Source: Phoronis australis
Lineage: Eukaryota; Animalia; Phoronida
Assembly (NCBI GenBank): GCA_002633005.1
Contig: NMRA01000721.1
Span: 84,745-148,744, forward strand
Direction: 5' to 3'
DNA: 64,000 bases
This document shows, piece by piece, positions 27,559 to 41,859 of the stretch; position 1 is the first letter of the stretch; the number at the start of each line of letters is the position of its first letter. Made by a program: the position numbers and the translations under genes. The notes under the pieces were generated by a model. That model saw only the letters and a program-made list of their open reading frames with translations. It did no database searches and had not been told where the DNA came from.

Positions 27559-27805
27559 ATGGTACATCGGTGTGTGTGCGCCAACTGTGCTAACACCAGC
27601 CAGGTGGAAGGCGTGACCCTATTTAGGTTTCCCAAAGACAAGCATCTGGCCGCGAAATGGCACGTTTTCGTGTGCACTGCTCGTCATTGTAAAATGACTG
27701 TCGAGTCGGCCAGTCTGTCGGAGCCGAAATATGCTCCGACCACTTTGAGGACGGCTGCTTCGACGACAAACATATCATGAAGTTTGAAGCTGGTCTTGTG
27801 AAAAG
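27559..27805 (+). pseudogene. THAP zinc-finger (C2CH) first exon with one frameshift, probably from a DNA transposon
   Basis: MVHRCVCANCANTSQVEGVTLFRFPKDKHLAAKWHVFV then, in a shifted frame, GAEICSDHFEDGCFDDKHIMKFEAGLVKR followed by a gtaag donor. Contains the THAP hallmarks CxxxxC, FP, W and CSxHF. Confidence 0.8.
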
Positions 27806-29068
27806 GTAAGTTATCTTCATAATTTATGGCTTATATCCATGACGCTTTCTCAGTGCTTGAACTATAACGATCTTTTTTCGCAATCACCATAGTTCTCGCG
27901 GTCAACAATTGCTGAGTGTTGCCGGTGGTATTTCTTTGGAATGTTGCCCAGTAGGCTATTTGTTGATTCAACTGTTCTTGGNTTAGGGCTGTCCAACCGA
28001 TATTTTTTGGATTTGCAAAAATACTTGAATATATTCGGAAAGATAATGCATCCCACTCAATGTAATTTGAAAAAAATATCAAAATCGGTTTAAGCTGTGC
28101 ACATTTAGTGCAATTTTGGTGGCGAAATTTGGGTCGTTTGTTTGGATCTGCTTGGCCATCCTGGACAACAGCAGCATAAGTTACGAGTTTAACACCGTGC
28201 ATAATTTATTTTCACCAGCAATTTACGATGAAATTTAGTGAGACAGATCTATAACTACTATTCTGAGCGATTGAATAGTTTTCATTGGATTTCGGCCAAG
28301 CAGAAGTTACTTGTAGAGTGATAAAACTGCTCACAATTCCTGTTTTGGACTTCGTCTCATTTCCGGCGGCACCGACAGCATGGTGACTTCTGCTGAACAG
28401 AAGGGCATGTTCACTAGCTTCTCGTTTAATTCACCCGATTACATAACATCGCCGTAACTCAAAGTACATCGTATACCAAAGACGCACTACCCTCCCAAAC
28501 GTGAAGCATTCATCGATGCGCGTGCAAAAGAGGAGTCAAATCTTCAAAAACATCCCATTCAAACTAGCAAGTATTCATCAGACAGGCGAGAGGAATACTC
28601 CTGTTTCGTCACACAATATAAGCACACAACATGGACAACTAAATCGGATTCATACCCAGGCGGAAATGTCAGGTATTTTAGACAAAAATGTTATAGCAAA
28701 CGGGAGGTCTACAGCGTCGCAGATTCTTGACGGTCAGCGGGTCCGCTTCATCGTGAGCATCAAAGAAAGTATAGCGTGTGTTGTATTGCATTTGTTCCAA
28801 TCAACAACTTGTATTTTATGCAACATAGAATTGTTGGATTAAAACGGGGAATTGACAAACTGCACGAGTCCCGGCGGATCAAATACCTTTAGTTTGGATC
28901 GGAGAGTACCGTTAGACGAATGGTTATTTTTCATTGACGTCATTGTCAATTCATTCCCTTACAGCCACTGTAACAGAAACGCGGACACCTGATTCATACT
29001 CCAATACACCACATGCAACATGCAGTCCAACACACACAGACAACAAGTTATACAGGTACTGTACTTAC

Positions 29069-29913
29069 ATGAACCTTCACAGGCCTGTCCATCAGGGTTT
29101 CCTTGTAGATTAATTCCTTCACAAACAGTCGAACCTTGTGACCCGTAAGTGCACGAACTTTAGCTTCAGTCATCTCAAAAACTGTACATGCTCTTTCACA
29201 ATGATCCCTTTCAAGTTTAAACCCTTTAGAGGAAATTTGTTTCTTTTTGTCATCCTCAATGCTCCAGCAAACAATTCCAAACAACAACGTGGCGCTATTT
29301 ATCAAACGCATTTTGTAACATGTACACTCGTGTTCAATGTCATCAGTACACTCCACGTCCACGCCATGACAAAATAGTTTAACTATCAACCCTCCATCTT
29401 GTCTTTTTTTTATGTACGGGCATATCCTGCACATGTATGACACTTCGAGTATATGTTTGATGGTCGTAAACACGCCAGTAGCGATAGGTGATGTGAAATC
29501 TGCCAGCCAAGCAATACTAACCATTAAACATGTTTTACAGTAGAAGATTATTTCCTCCAATGCCATGCTGACATTGCAATCTTCAGTAACGTCAGTCACT
29601 TCACCATCTTTTTCATGCAATATGCGAAAGTCTTCGCTCTTTAGTCGTTGATCATCCACTTTTCCCAACATTGCTGCCACAGTCACTCGCACTTCGACTG
29701 GCTCCGAGAATGTTACATCTCCATCTGTGCAGGTCATGCATAATCTCTGAGAATGGAGGTTAGCTCTGCCTTGGGTGTCGTAATGCACTGCCCGTGCTAA
29801 CAACAACTGATCTACAAACTCAATTTCTATGTTCCCGGATATTGCATTTGGTGGTACTTTGAGTTGAACCCCTTTGTACCCAAAAACTCCACCGTCTGCT
29901 CCATCAATAGTTG
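29069..29913 (-). CDS. 845-bp exon encoding a ZU5-like domain plus a possible UPA-like beta region
   Basis: ctatccctatag acceptor, open for 281 codons, CAT|gtaagt donor (or read-through to the stop at 29048). The pattern GGVFGYKGVQLKVPPNAI...VTFSEPVEVRV...FRILHEKDGEVTDVT resembles ZU5 domains (GG-GV.L.VPP.A, F..PV.I, D.T). The domain call is by eye. Confidence 0.75.
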
Positions 29914-30192
29914 CTATAGGGATAGAAATGACATTTATAAGTACTTGGGAAGGATTGCAACGAAAGTCAATTAAGTTCCTCGTTTTCTTACTAAGTAGCT
30001 TTTATTAGTGATCACTTCAATGTGCAGACCTTGGCACACATTATCTTACTAATTTTGAATTTCCGTTATCAATTACAATACGGGAATGAGAAGGTGACGA
30101 TGGCACCCTTTGTCCTTTTTATCGCTATAAATTTGAGAGTAAAAAAGCATGTGTGAGCGTAGCTACATGTATTCGGTTAAGCAGAAGAATAC

Positions 30193-30276
30193 CAATCATT
30201 CCCCTTTTTTCGGAAAGATCGTGCCCCTGAACACGGCCGACCTCGTACTCATTGCTCGGACTGCTTCACTTGGAAG
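30193..30276 (-). pseudogene. 84-bp version of the 82-bp exon (LPSEAVRAMSTRSAVFRGTIFPKKGE*), +2 nt in an A/G homopolymer run
   Basis: attttag acceptor and gtattc donor intact; the frameshift creates TGA; could be a homopolymer sequencing error. Confidence 0.55.
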
Positions 30277-30457
30277 CTAAAATTGAATTGTTTTTGCTAT
30301 TTGTTGAATGTTGTGCACTCTATTTTCACGAAAACTCGGGGGCACTTAGACATTCCGGGAGGGGCGTCAAACAACCTACATAATTTCTTCTCCCTGCCGT
30401 TTGATTCATAGGACCAACTTAAAAGTTCCTGAAAAATTACTGGACGTTAAGTTTGCA

Positions 30458-30660
30458 GGGTGGACCTACTGCTCTAGTGATACAGGGTGGTTCTACTGAT
30501 CTCAAGATACAGGCTGGTCCCACTGATCTCAAGATACAGGGTGGTTTATACTGATCTCACAATACAGGGTCGTCTTAGTGTTCTTACGACAAAGGGTGGT
30601 CCTACTGATCTGACGATACAGGGTCGTCATAGTGTTCGTACGATAAAGGGTGGTCCTACA
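30458..30660. repeat. 27-bp tandem repeat, about 7 copies
   Basis: Same family as 13078-13212. Confidence 0.9.
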
Positions 30661-33600
30661 TGTACCAAGTCACAACAAACTTTTTTACAGCTTTTAAAAT
30701 TGTTCAGTACATGTACTACATCTCTAATACCAGAATATTTAACATGACACGTGTAAGTTAGACAGCCACTAAAATTCTAAATGGAAGTTTATCTACCATT
30801 TCTATACTTAGTTTTAATCTGGACAAGTGGACAAAGATAACAACAGTTTACAATAAACGCAAACGTATGACAATAAATGCAACAAAAACCTGTTTCGTTA
30901 TGCACTATCCTTTCTAACAACTATGGCCTTCTCACTGCATTTCAAGGAATCAGTTGCTACCTGGGTGTTGGTGAAATTAAGGGCTATTGGGAACGTACAG
31001 TAACCTATGGCAACCGGGAGAGGCACTGCAGTTCTACCACGCCTAAATTTGGACAAAGATTTATAATGTGCAAATGAACACCCCGCCTTTTGTTTTTGTA
31101 GGAAGGTATATTTTGATGCTAAACTACAAGGTAGGAGAGACAACTTCGAAGACGCTTCCTAATAACAAGAATTGCCTTGACTCTTTGCAAAGACGCAAAT
31201 TTTAACTAATTTACCCACTCAAGTAATAAATTAAAGGACAAAACCTTTCTATATAGTAATTGTACTTTTTTCACTGACTTGTGAAACAGTGACCAAAATA
31301 TGGAGGAAACTGATCGGGAATTTCCTTGGCTACCGACCACCCGCATTTCAAGTCTATTAGGCTACAGACAGGAAACTTACACTGGCCCTGTTTTCAGTAA
31401 ATCATCCACGCACGTTAAGTTCTCAACAAAGAAAATTCCTCATCAACTCAAAATATTGAGTTCTTCACCTCAATTTCAGAAACGGGCACGCGTGCTTTTT
31501 AGATAGCCCCCCCCCACCAGAGCACCGGAGTCTCCCAAATTACCCTTAAATGTGACGTTCAATCCTTGATATAAACAACACAATGGTGATTTCAAGCCTT
31601 AGACAGTCTAACTTCTTCAGAGTATGGGATATATCCGCTTGCAATATTCAAGATGAACAACTCTCACTTAACATCCCCATGAAGATTTTACAAGTTTTAC
31701 AGTGCCATGCCTCTTTAAGGTCCAGCAGTACTCTAGAAAAGTGTCCAACTTTATCTACCGCCGCATCTCATCTCAAAAATAAATGACCATATCAATACAA
31801 AACTTCACACATCATGCTTTGTCCATTGCTCTCACAAATTTGGATTAAGAAGTGTTTCTAAATGTCAACAGTTTAGTATGAGGGATTAACAAATATACAA
31901 GTAGGACTCAAAAGATTGTTTGAAATGAACACGGAAAAGTAACTTAGAGAACTTTAAACAGGGTTCATCACATTAGTCAGTGGTGTTGATACGAATGTGT
32001 ATTTTTGCTTCACTGTATTCATAATTGAACATTCCAATTTCACCAAAAAAAATAGTTTGTTCAGTGATGACCACATTTCTACTGTAGGCCAGGCCCCTAA
32101 ACTGCCGGCTAGACTTCTGAAACACTTTTAATTCAGGAACGTAATTTTGCAAAGTCTTGACTTTTTCGAGAGAAACTAGGTATACAAAACGCATTCCAAG
32201 TAAACGTCAGGAAGGGGAGACAGGTTCACGCTATGAACACTCAATCCTTCTTACCAGTTGGCGGTGTAGCAGTTTCCGCTCTTCCGAACAGCTTTTCCTG
32301 AAACGAAACAAAATTCAACGCACAAAAATAGTTAATAGTACAGTAGCATCTCTTCAAAGTAAATCAATTAACTTGAGCAACAAAATACCTAGGGAAGATC
32401 TCGAAATTACCATGTATGGATTTATGCTTTGCGACATCACTGACATTTTCCTCGCTGATAAATTATTTTATTGCTTCTAATAACTATTGTATTTACCGAC
32501 ATAATAAACAATATGTAGAAGTCCAGACTGGTTTGCATTGAAATTTATTCCTTTTAAATACATTAAAATAGCACTTTTAAATTTCAAATAGCTGAAGAAC
32601 AGAGGAATTTCCATTTGGAAGCCTCGGTGCTGCAATGCAATAGATTTTGGTGATTTGTTTTTTTATCATGTAAAAATGAAGTGATATGTAGGCTGAAATA
32701 AGCATGGATTAAACACTATTCTGCCCTCCGCAGAGTAGGCGTGTCCACCAATTGAGTGAAATCAATTGAAAAGTCTTTTGACCTAATGACTTTGTGGAAG
32801 TTAGCACGTACGCAGAGGGAGAATACCTGAGTAGTTACCAGTATTTTTCAAAATGATTGACATTTTTTAAATCAAAACAGCTTACAAAGTAAAGGAGAAA
32901 CTACAGTCAAGATATTAGAAAGAGGGGCAAACACTGGAATACTAAAATTTGAGAACCGGTAGAAATAATGTGGAATATACTAGAGCTCGACTCATTGGTT
33001 TACGGGTAAATCTACGCGGTGACCACTACGTTTCCAAGTGTATATTTTCACGGTCAAAAGCATTCATTGACAACACGGAACTACTACAGTGTAGTTTACA
33101 CGTTTAGTGGTATTACACAGAACAAGCAAATCGTAAAACAACAATATGTAATTACAAACAAAAAGGTAGCGTAATGTGTGTGTCTGTTCGTGTACGTACG
33201 TGGGAGTGGGTGTGGGTGTTAGTGTGCATGTTTGTGTTATTTCATCTTGAAATTAGAAATGTCATTTTAGAGAAAGTCCCAAGGGATTTTTTATTTACCA
33301 GGTAAATCATAAAAACGATGGAAATGCCAACGCACAAATTTGCACCAACGGCTTCATTTTTGATCTGAAATTCCGCAACTTTGCGTTCATGCGGTATTAG
33401 ATGCTGTATTCAAAATTGTGAAAATTTCATAAAAACGACTCCATTTATTAAAACCTTAATATTATCACACAAATACTGTCAGCAATACTTTAGAATTATA
33501 CACTAATCACCCGATAATTTTCATGAATGCTACCTTAAGGAATTCCTTGATGTTTTCTGCATTTGATTTCTTGACCCCGCGTCCACGTCCACAAACGTCG

Positions 33601-33939
33601 TAAGCGGTTTCTCCAGCCTGCAACAAAATGTTTGAATGGAAGACGAATATTACGTAAAATTACAAGACCCGAGAATTGATCTTACATGTATGTAGACATG
33701 AACCTACTGCTACTTTCTGCTCTTTCTGAAATTATTGGCAGCAGAAATTGACTTTTAAATACTTCGTCAACCGCCGATGTAGTGCTAAAATGACCACTAC
33801 ATATTGAGTTATTAATGTCAATAGTTTATGCCAAATACCGATTCTTCCAAAACTGGCTGTTGCTTATTTTCATCAACACTTTTGTTGTGCTCATTAGAGA
33901 CTTGAGAGGAAGCAGAATCGTTGCCATGTAAGCATACAC

Positions 33940-34245
33940 GTGGTGATGTTAGGTTACACCAAGAAGTGCTGTAGTAGATACAGTGTACCCTGGGGATGCT
34001 GAGTTACACGAAAGACTGTTGTAGAACGCACAGTGTACACTGGTGATGCTGGGTTACACGAAGGAGGTTTGTAGAACATACAGTGTACACTGGTGAGACT
34101 GGGTTACACCAAGGAGTGCTGTAGAACATAGTGTACACTTGTAATGCTGGGTTACACGAAGGAGAGCTGTAGAACAAACAGTGTACACGTGGTTATGCTC
34201 GGTTACACGAAGGAGTGGTGTAGAACATACAGGGTACACTGGTAT
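33940..34245. repeat. About 50-bp minisatellite, paralogous to 19245-19935
   Basis: Directly visible. Confidence 0.9.
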
Positions 34246-34904
34246 AACCAGTTAGTTGGAGATCAAACACGACGGCCTGACCGCCCCAGAGACTGGCTTT
34301 GAACGTGTAGACCCTGATGTGTATTTGATCACCAGCCAATCCATGTTAGGTCAGGCCAACCCGCTCTTGAGTGCCGCCATCTAGTATAGGGTACCACGAG
34401 TTGGAGCACCGGTCACTGGGTTTTGCAATCCAGCAGGTGGTTTGGAAGATCGATCAATAGTTGATTTCCGCTCGTTATTTCAGACGACAGCGCCACTCGT
34501 GTTACGGCCCACGAGCAAAACTCAAAGTACATTTCACGTTAGTTACTCCGTCATGATAATACGCTCACAAACACCTTTTCAAGCAACGTGTCATTTATGG
34601 GATGTTGATATTTTTGGTGTTCCACGGTAATTTAATGTCGTAATCTGAGACTAGACTATTTTTGCTGAGTTACAAAACAATATGTGATATCACTGGTCCA
34701 CATTTTGATCACGTGATTAGTGTATTGTTTGGATTGTTTTCTTTTACAGAGGTAATTTCTAATAACAGGGCCACCCACAGTCTAAAAGTCCATTTTTATT
34801 CCAACATGATATGTAGGCTTGGTTGATGTTACACGAAACAAAGGCACAGAGAGATTACTTGTTATGAAATAATCTGAAGAGTACATTGTAATCATTCCCA
34901 TGTT

Positions 34905-37715
34905 GCTTCAAATCACACACAGTTGTCAAATGAAATGAAACTACAACACTTTCCATTTTTCTACACGTTTAGTTGCAAGGTTTTTGTTGAAGTCTGCATT
35001 TTTCGGCAAGGACCTCTTCGGCAATCCATCTAGGTATGCGCTCAAATTTGTCTAGCAGCTTGTAAGTAAAAGTTGTAGAAAATCGAGGTTCACAAAGCTG
35101 GGTTTGGGGCCCCGAAATTGTTTGAAATTTAGGTGAAAAGGGATTTTTTGAGATCAACCTCAGTGTGGAGCCAACATTCAACACCTGCGAGTGCGATGGC
35201 AGTCTCACACTATGTTAGTGCCGTTTCTCCGCTTCGCACTTTACGATTGCCGTTCATACATGTGAGTATTTAGGCCAAAACACCTGTACACGCGGAATGA
35301 TTCGCTTGTCCAAAGGACATATAATACTGTTCAAATGCCTTGCACGTAGACACATGCGTTTTAAATGCACTTAAACGGAATGTTTTTATTTTATTTTATT
35401 TTTTCATCAAGTGTCAGTACTTTTATTTGTCTGAATGTACTGTACGTCGACGTCTGTAATTTTGCATCGCATAAGCAAATCCATTCAAGGTGCATGGCCC
35501 TTCATACGTGCACAGGCAGAAAGCGGAACGGTAAAGATGAATGGCTGCATTCATGGTAGTTGTGCAGGTACAGTGTATTATCGATGAGTAATAATTTTAA
35601 ACAGTGAGAGTATTTCATGAGCGCAGCCCGGGTGTCAGCAGCAAAGCTCGGCTAATTTCAACTTTTTGTCAAGTTGCAGAAGCTTTTGATTTAACGACAA
35701 GCTGAAACACGTGCAGCTACATTGGGAAGGTGGAATTTTCAGCAATACAGTCAATCTGAAGAAATTTGAGTATGTTAACATATAACCACGCCCCCTTAAA
35801 ATCCACTGAAATGTCTGTTGACATAGTCTGTACATCTGCAGTTAGAGATTGGACCCCGTGGGCCAGAGTGCAAGACACGAGGTAAGAATTGTTTAAATTT
35901 TCTTTAAAAAAAATGATTAAAGAACTTCAAAAATCTCGATGATCAACTTCAAAATCCTCTGTTTCCATTGATTTAAAGTACCAAGCGAACCAGAGGTTTC
36001 AGCGAATATTTCTAAGCATCTCATTACCTTTCTTGCATACTTCACGTTTTATTCAAATTTTCAACGTAAATAAATATTTGTGTTCGAATTGAAATAAAAA
36101 CTGGACGCCAAATACTGCCAAACAGGATTTTGTAAGGCTGTGGCCCCTTTTGGACATAACACGTTTGAGACGAAATGTGGGAAGACCAACATGCCGTCAG
36201 CGTTTTGACTGCAACATAACTCGACGTAGCGTTTGTCAGTGTCCAAGTCACCTGCGCATGAAGTACGAGAGACCTGATTTGTTAGATAGTGCAAATCGGT
36301 GACTCTGATTACGAGGTGGAAAAGATTTGAGTGCCGTTACAGCCTAGCTCCAGTGCACTATCATCTGCACCGCAGATGGGGACTAGCAATTACCAAATTT
36401 GGAGAAATGCGCGATTAGTTTAAGTCCAAGCACCATTTCGCAATGTTTCATGCAAGTTGACAAAACGCTTGCTTGTCTGGCACAGGGGGTTAGTAGGTCC
36501 GGCGCGTTTTGTTGATTTGCGCTATATGCGGATTACGTAAGGATTATAATGACGTGTATGCAAGTTGAAAAGGTTTCAGATTTGCAAATGAGTAATTGAA
36601 AATAGTTATACACGAATCGAAGGTTTGCAAATGAGTCTCCAATTTGTAACTAATTGGAAATAGTCATTGGTGAATCGTAGAATGTCGTCGATATTTTCAG
36701 ATGGGTAAACATAAGTCAAATCCATGTGCAACGAATCATTCCCGTGTTGCTTCAATTCACACACAGTTATCAAATTAAATGAACCTACAACTCTTTCCAT
36801 TTTTCTACACGTTTAGTTGCAAGGATTTCGTTGAAGTCTACATTTTTTATTAAGGACCACTTCGGCAATTCATCTAGGTATGCGTTTGTCTAGCTGTTTG
36901 TAAGTAAAATTTGTAGGATATCGAAGTTCCGAAAGCTGGATTTGGGTCCCCTTAATTGTTTAAAATTTAGGTGCGAAGCGCTTTTCTGAGATCAACCTCA
37001 GTGTGGAGTCAACATTCAACACCCGCAATGGCAATCTTACGCCCTGTTAGCGAAGTTTCTCCGCTTCGCACTTTATACATGTACCTAACAATTGCCGTTC
37101 GTGTATGTGCGTGTATTTTGGCCAAAACACCAGTACACGCCGAATGGGGCTGTTGTCCAAATGAAATAATTTTGTTCAAATGCTTTGCACGTACAGTGTA
37201 GACGCACTTGTAGTTCCAGGTGCCTTTCATAAACGGGAAGTTTTTATTTTATTTTTTCATCAAGTGTCAGTACTTTTCATTTGACTAAATGTACGTCAAT
37301 GTTTGCCATTTTGCATCTCATAAACACAATGAAGGCGCATGGCCCCAATACGCGCACACGCAGCAAGCGGAACGATAAAGATGAATGGCTGCATTCATGG
37401 TACTTGGGCAGGTACAGTGTCCTATTAATGAGCAAAAGTGAGAGTGTGGTTCGTACTTATATCAACGACAATCAGGGGTTGACAGGGGTATTTTCTTGAG
37501 TGCAGACCGGGCGTCAGCGGCAAAGCTCGGCTAAGTTTAACTTTTTGTCAAGTTTCAGAAGTTTTTAATTTAACGACGAGCTGAAACACGTGCAGCTACA
37601 TTGGGAAGATGCGATTTTCAGCAATACAGTCAAATCTTGAGACATTTGTGTATGTTAACATATAATCACGCCACCTTAAAATCCACTGAAATGTCTGTTG
37701 ACATAGTCGGTACAT
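34905..37715. repeat. Direct duplication of about 0.93 kb (34905-35835 vs 36750-37715)
   Basis: Shared ttccatttttctacacgtttagttgcaagg, gagatcaacctcagtgtggag, gatgaatggctgcattcatggta, aaatccactgaaatgtctgttgacatagtc. Confidence 0.9.
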
Positions 37716-38956
37716 GTTTTCCGTGGGGGCCAGTCGTGGACATTTATCGGTAAAAGGGGCAATAGCTTATTTGAAGAGAATATCAGAATCAAAGGATAAA
37801 GCAACTATAGTTGAATTTTCAATTTTGAGGCCAAGAACCGACGACTTTTTATTTTGTATTATTGAAAACAGGGACAACACCACACTTTTCAACTGACTGA
37901 TAATTCACCAGACTGCAAGCTGCTTCTTGCAGTACAGTGTCGCCACCCTTTGAGAAGTTTAAAAAGCCTCTTCAACAAGTTTGAATTGCTCTTAAGAGTC
38001 GTTTTAATAAAGAGTGGTGTAGCATTTATCAAACTAAAAAGAACATCAGGGGAAAATCTTACTCCAGTATTTTTATAAAGAATCTTGTCTTATGCTTCAT
38101 TCATACAGTAAATTAAGTTGTATTTCTTTGTATATGCGCATACTTTTGCGTACTTTTGTAAATTTTAATTCTACTCAATTCACTGTATCAAAATTATCCA
38201 CTGCCAGACAATTTCAGTGGCGGGGTATCCCTGCAAGATTAAGAATAACGGGATCTCAAAATAGACCTACTGTAGATCAGCCCGAGAGGTAACTGCATGA
38301 CACTGTCTTCAAATTAATCAGGGTAGACCAATGAATCACGAATGAACACTGCCAGACAAACTGAGTGGCGGAGTTAACTCAGTATTTTGATTTGCAATTT
38401 ACACATCTCTCATAAATTACGGTCACAGACAACTAGGAGAATCAGTCAAGATAAAGGGCACCAATCTCTATCAACATTTCCGATGATGGATGTATTTGTT
38501 GTCATAACACTCCCAAGTAATGCCTCTGATCAAGACTGTTTCACCAGATGTATATCATATTTAAAAGTAAACCCAACTTCACCGACACATGTAGAGACTC
38601 GCACACAAAACTATATTTAGTTTAAACAACGAGGCACAAATAACAGCAGGCATTTGGTAACATAAAGGTTACTATTTTAGAGAGTTTCGGTCAATTTTAA
38701 GGTTTTTAATGAATCAGACAAATTAGCCTGATGCCGCTTGTGCGAAGAAACATTAAAAACAGTGCATAGCACAAAATTAACAGTCCGAATGAAACCGACC
38801 TGAACCAACATATTTCGTGGCACCGTGTAAAACGAAACATGAACATTGAAATGATGACATACATACTTACAGCCTTAGAAGTTTTTGCAACTACATGATA
38901 CAACTAATAAAACTAAACCTGATACTTTACTAACGGGAAGATAACACCACGTCGGA

Positions 38957-39125
38957 AAGTTATAGCAAGGTTAAATGACATGTTCACTATTCAGGTAAAG
39001 TTATAGCAAAGTTAGATGACATGTTCACTATTCAGGTAAAGTTATAGCAAAGTTAGATGACATGTTCACTATTCAGGTAAAGTTATAGCAAAGTTAGATG
39101 ACATGTTCACTAATCAGGTAAAGTT
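38957..39125. repeat. 41-bp tandem repeat (AAAGTTATAGCAAAGTTAGATGACATGTTCACTATTCAGGT) running into the gap
   Basis: About 4 copies visible before the Ns. Confidence 0.93.
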
Positions 39126-39617
39126 NNNNNNNNNNNNNNNNNNNNNNNNNNNNNNNNNNNNNNNNNNNNNNNNNNNNNNNNNNNNNNNNNNNNNNNNNNN
39201 NNNNNNNNNNNNNNNNNNNNNNNNNNNNNNNNNNNNNNNNNNNNNNNNNNNNNNNNNNNNNNNNNNNNNNNNNNNNNNNNNNNNNNNNNNNNNNNNNNNN
39301 NNNNNNNNNNNNNNNNNNNNNNNNNNNNNNNNNNNNNNNNNNNNNNNNNNNNNNNNNNNNNNNNNNNNNNNNNNNNNNNNNNNNNNNNNNNNNNNNNNNN
39401 NNNNNNNNNNNNNNNNNNNNNNNNNNNNNNNNNNNNNNNNNNNNNNNNNNNNNNNNNNNNNNNNNNNNNNNNNNNNNNNNNNNNNNNNNNNNNNNNNNNN
39501 NNNNNNNNNNNNNNNNNNNNNNNNNNNNNNNNNNNNNNNNNNNNNNNNNNNNNNNNNNNNNNNNNNNNNNNNNNNNNNNNNNNNNNNNNNNNNNNNNNNN
39601 NNNNNNNNNNNNNNNNN
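39126..39617. other. Assembly gap (492 N)
   Basis: Run of N. Confidence 1.
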
Positions 39618-41859
39618 TTAGTCACGTACATGTACAACTCCCGGAAACCAAGCCCAGCATTTAGTTTCAAAATAAAGGACATATTCAATACATCAGTTAA
39701 AAACTCCATTGCTATTTAGCTTATTGGTCCACTTCACAGAGTATATCTAATGTCTGCAACTCGTACGGATTGTCAATGTTTCCGTAAACATACATGTAGA
39801 AGTAATTGTTTGTTTATAAACTAGTCTGAAGTGGTCATATTTGAGCTTGTGCAATTTGTTATGTAATGATTTAATTATTATTAGGTGACTGAGTAAGCCC
39901 ATTGAGGCTGGGGGGTGTGGTGAATAATCTGTCTTTGATATTGTATTTACTGGTACCCTTATGTCACTATAATAAATAAATACACATGTACCGTAATCCC
40001 CGGAATACAAGGCCATGACCTCATTGTACTGTATGGCCATTCACTCGAACTTAAGGTCACGGCTGTATAGGATGGGCCATTACTATTTTAAAGTGCTCTG
40101 TAAAACTTCCTTACTTTGCTTATAAGGCCATAAGAAACGTAGCACAAAGACGTGTAACAGAATGCGCGTGACAATAGTATTATTAATATTAAAATAATGA
40201 TGATTAAGTTAAGGAAAACAAGATACGTGTGAACACATCGCACAACACCATACAGCACAGCTACTCCGCACCCAGACAGTGTTCAGTGTTCACCACTTTT
40301 GGAATTCGCTGCTGCAGTTTGCTTGCCAGTTTATTGTTCTTTAGAGAAGCATTATTTCATAATCTTAACCATTACATAAAGTTTTTGTCCTGATTGGTAA
40401 GCCAAAATGAACGCCATTGCCTTACATAGTACGGGTCACTTGCATTTTAGTGTTCTAAAAATGCATTATATGTTTAGTTCCGGACGGATGTAATGTACTT
40501 CGTTTGTTCAAAGAAAATGCTTAAATATTCCACAAGCACTAGCAATGGATCATCCGCCTTAAATTTAGTGATTTTTTCATGGTTGGTACATTTTTAGTAG
40601 TTTTCATTTAACAAAGAATTTCAAAATTGAATAAAGGTGAATGTTTGCCAAATAGTTTTTCAAATTTAACAAAACAAAAAGGAAAGGAGCCATGTTCCTA
40701 CAGCTGAACACGGTTGTGGAATTGCGTGACGCAGAAACTTCAAATTGTATAAAGAAATGACAAATAATTAAGCAAAACCAAAACGATCGAGTTATTATTC
40801 ATTTGAATCAAGTCCCCCGGGAGTAGCGGAGAGTTTACTCTAGCCTAACTGAGATAAGAGACACTTCCAGTCAGAACTGAAAAGAGATAGATATCAGAGG
40901 AAAATCAAATACATTAATCAGGTACGTTAAAAATTAAACCATTTCGACTGATTTTGATTTTATCGAGCACCAGTTTGACAATAACTTTGTATTAGTCAAG
41001 CTTTCAACGACAAATGCCACACCAACGGAATAGTTCTTGTCGCCGACCATCTTCTTTTCACCGCTGTGATCTTCCGCTACTTGAAACCGATATGCGTTTT
41101 CACATTTTACAAGATCCAATAATCAAGCCGTGTTTTTATTTTAATTTTAATTCAAGGACTAGCTCAATACACAATTTGAGAACAACATGACTGTACAATA
41201 CACCCTGATAATCCATTTCAATTAGCATTAAGTAGGCAACTTCTTTAAATTTCACGTCACAGCGTCTCTTATTCTTTCCTCATTTTTCAGGCCCAAGCAC
41301 ATCTTCAGTTATGCGTTTTTATAAAAAGTCGCTCAAACATCCCACTAGCAATCGAACAACGGAGTTCTTGCATCGTGATTGGTATATCTTCAGAATTTTG
41401 CATTTAAAGCAACACGTCAACGTTTACCAATTTGTACTTGAAATGTCCATTTTACTCACGAAACCTTTTACTCCTGTTCACGACGGCCGACTCCAGTGAA
41501 ATTGGCAGACCTTGTAGATTTGAAAGTCTTTGTTTTAAAATCAGTATGGACAAGATTGCACGATGTTCTGCAGGCGTTCTGCAACAGATTTGCGTGCGAA
41601 CTGAGGGAGTTTCTAACCAAATATATACTCGACACATTACGAATCAGAATCATTTTGCCTAGGCTGAATTTTATTGGACATACACAATGAGTGGAATGCA
41701 GTTGCAGACAATTTCGTGTTTGACTTCATAAAACGTCAATACTGTATGCACAAATCGGAAGCGTTCGGTGGCGGAGAATAAGAAAGACGTACAATTCCTT
41801 TACCGGGGGTCAAATTGAGCGGTAACATCAAACTTCAGTTTTACTTCAGATTGGTACAG

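Noticed and set aside
39103-39709. Long ORFs of 172 and 199 aa
   Set aside because: Artefacts of the N gap.
40934-41690. Possible linker exons between the ankyrin and ZU5 exons
   Set aside because: Short open frames without convincing paired splice sites or recognisable motifs.
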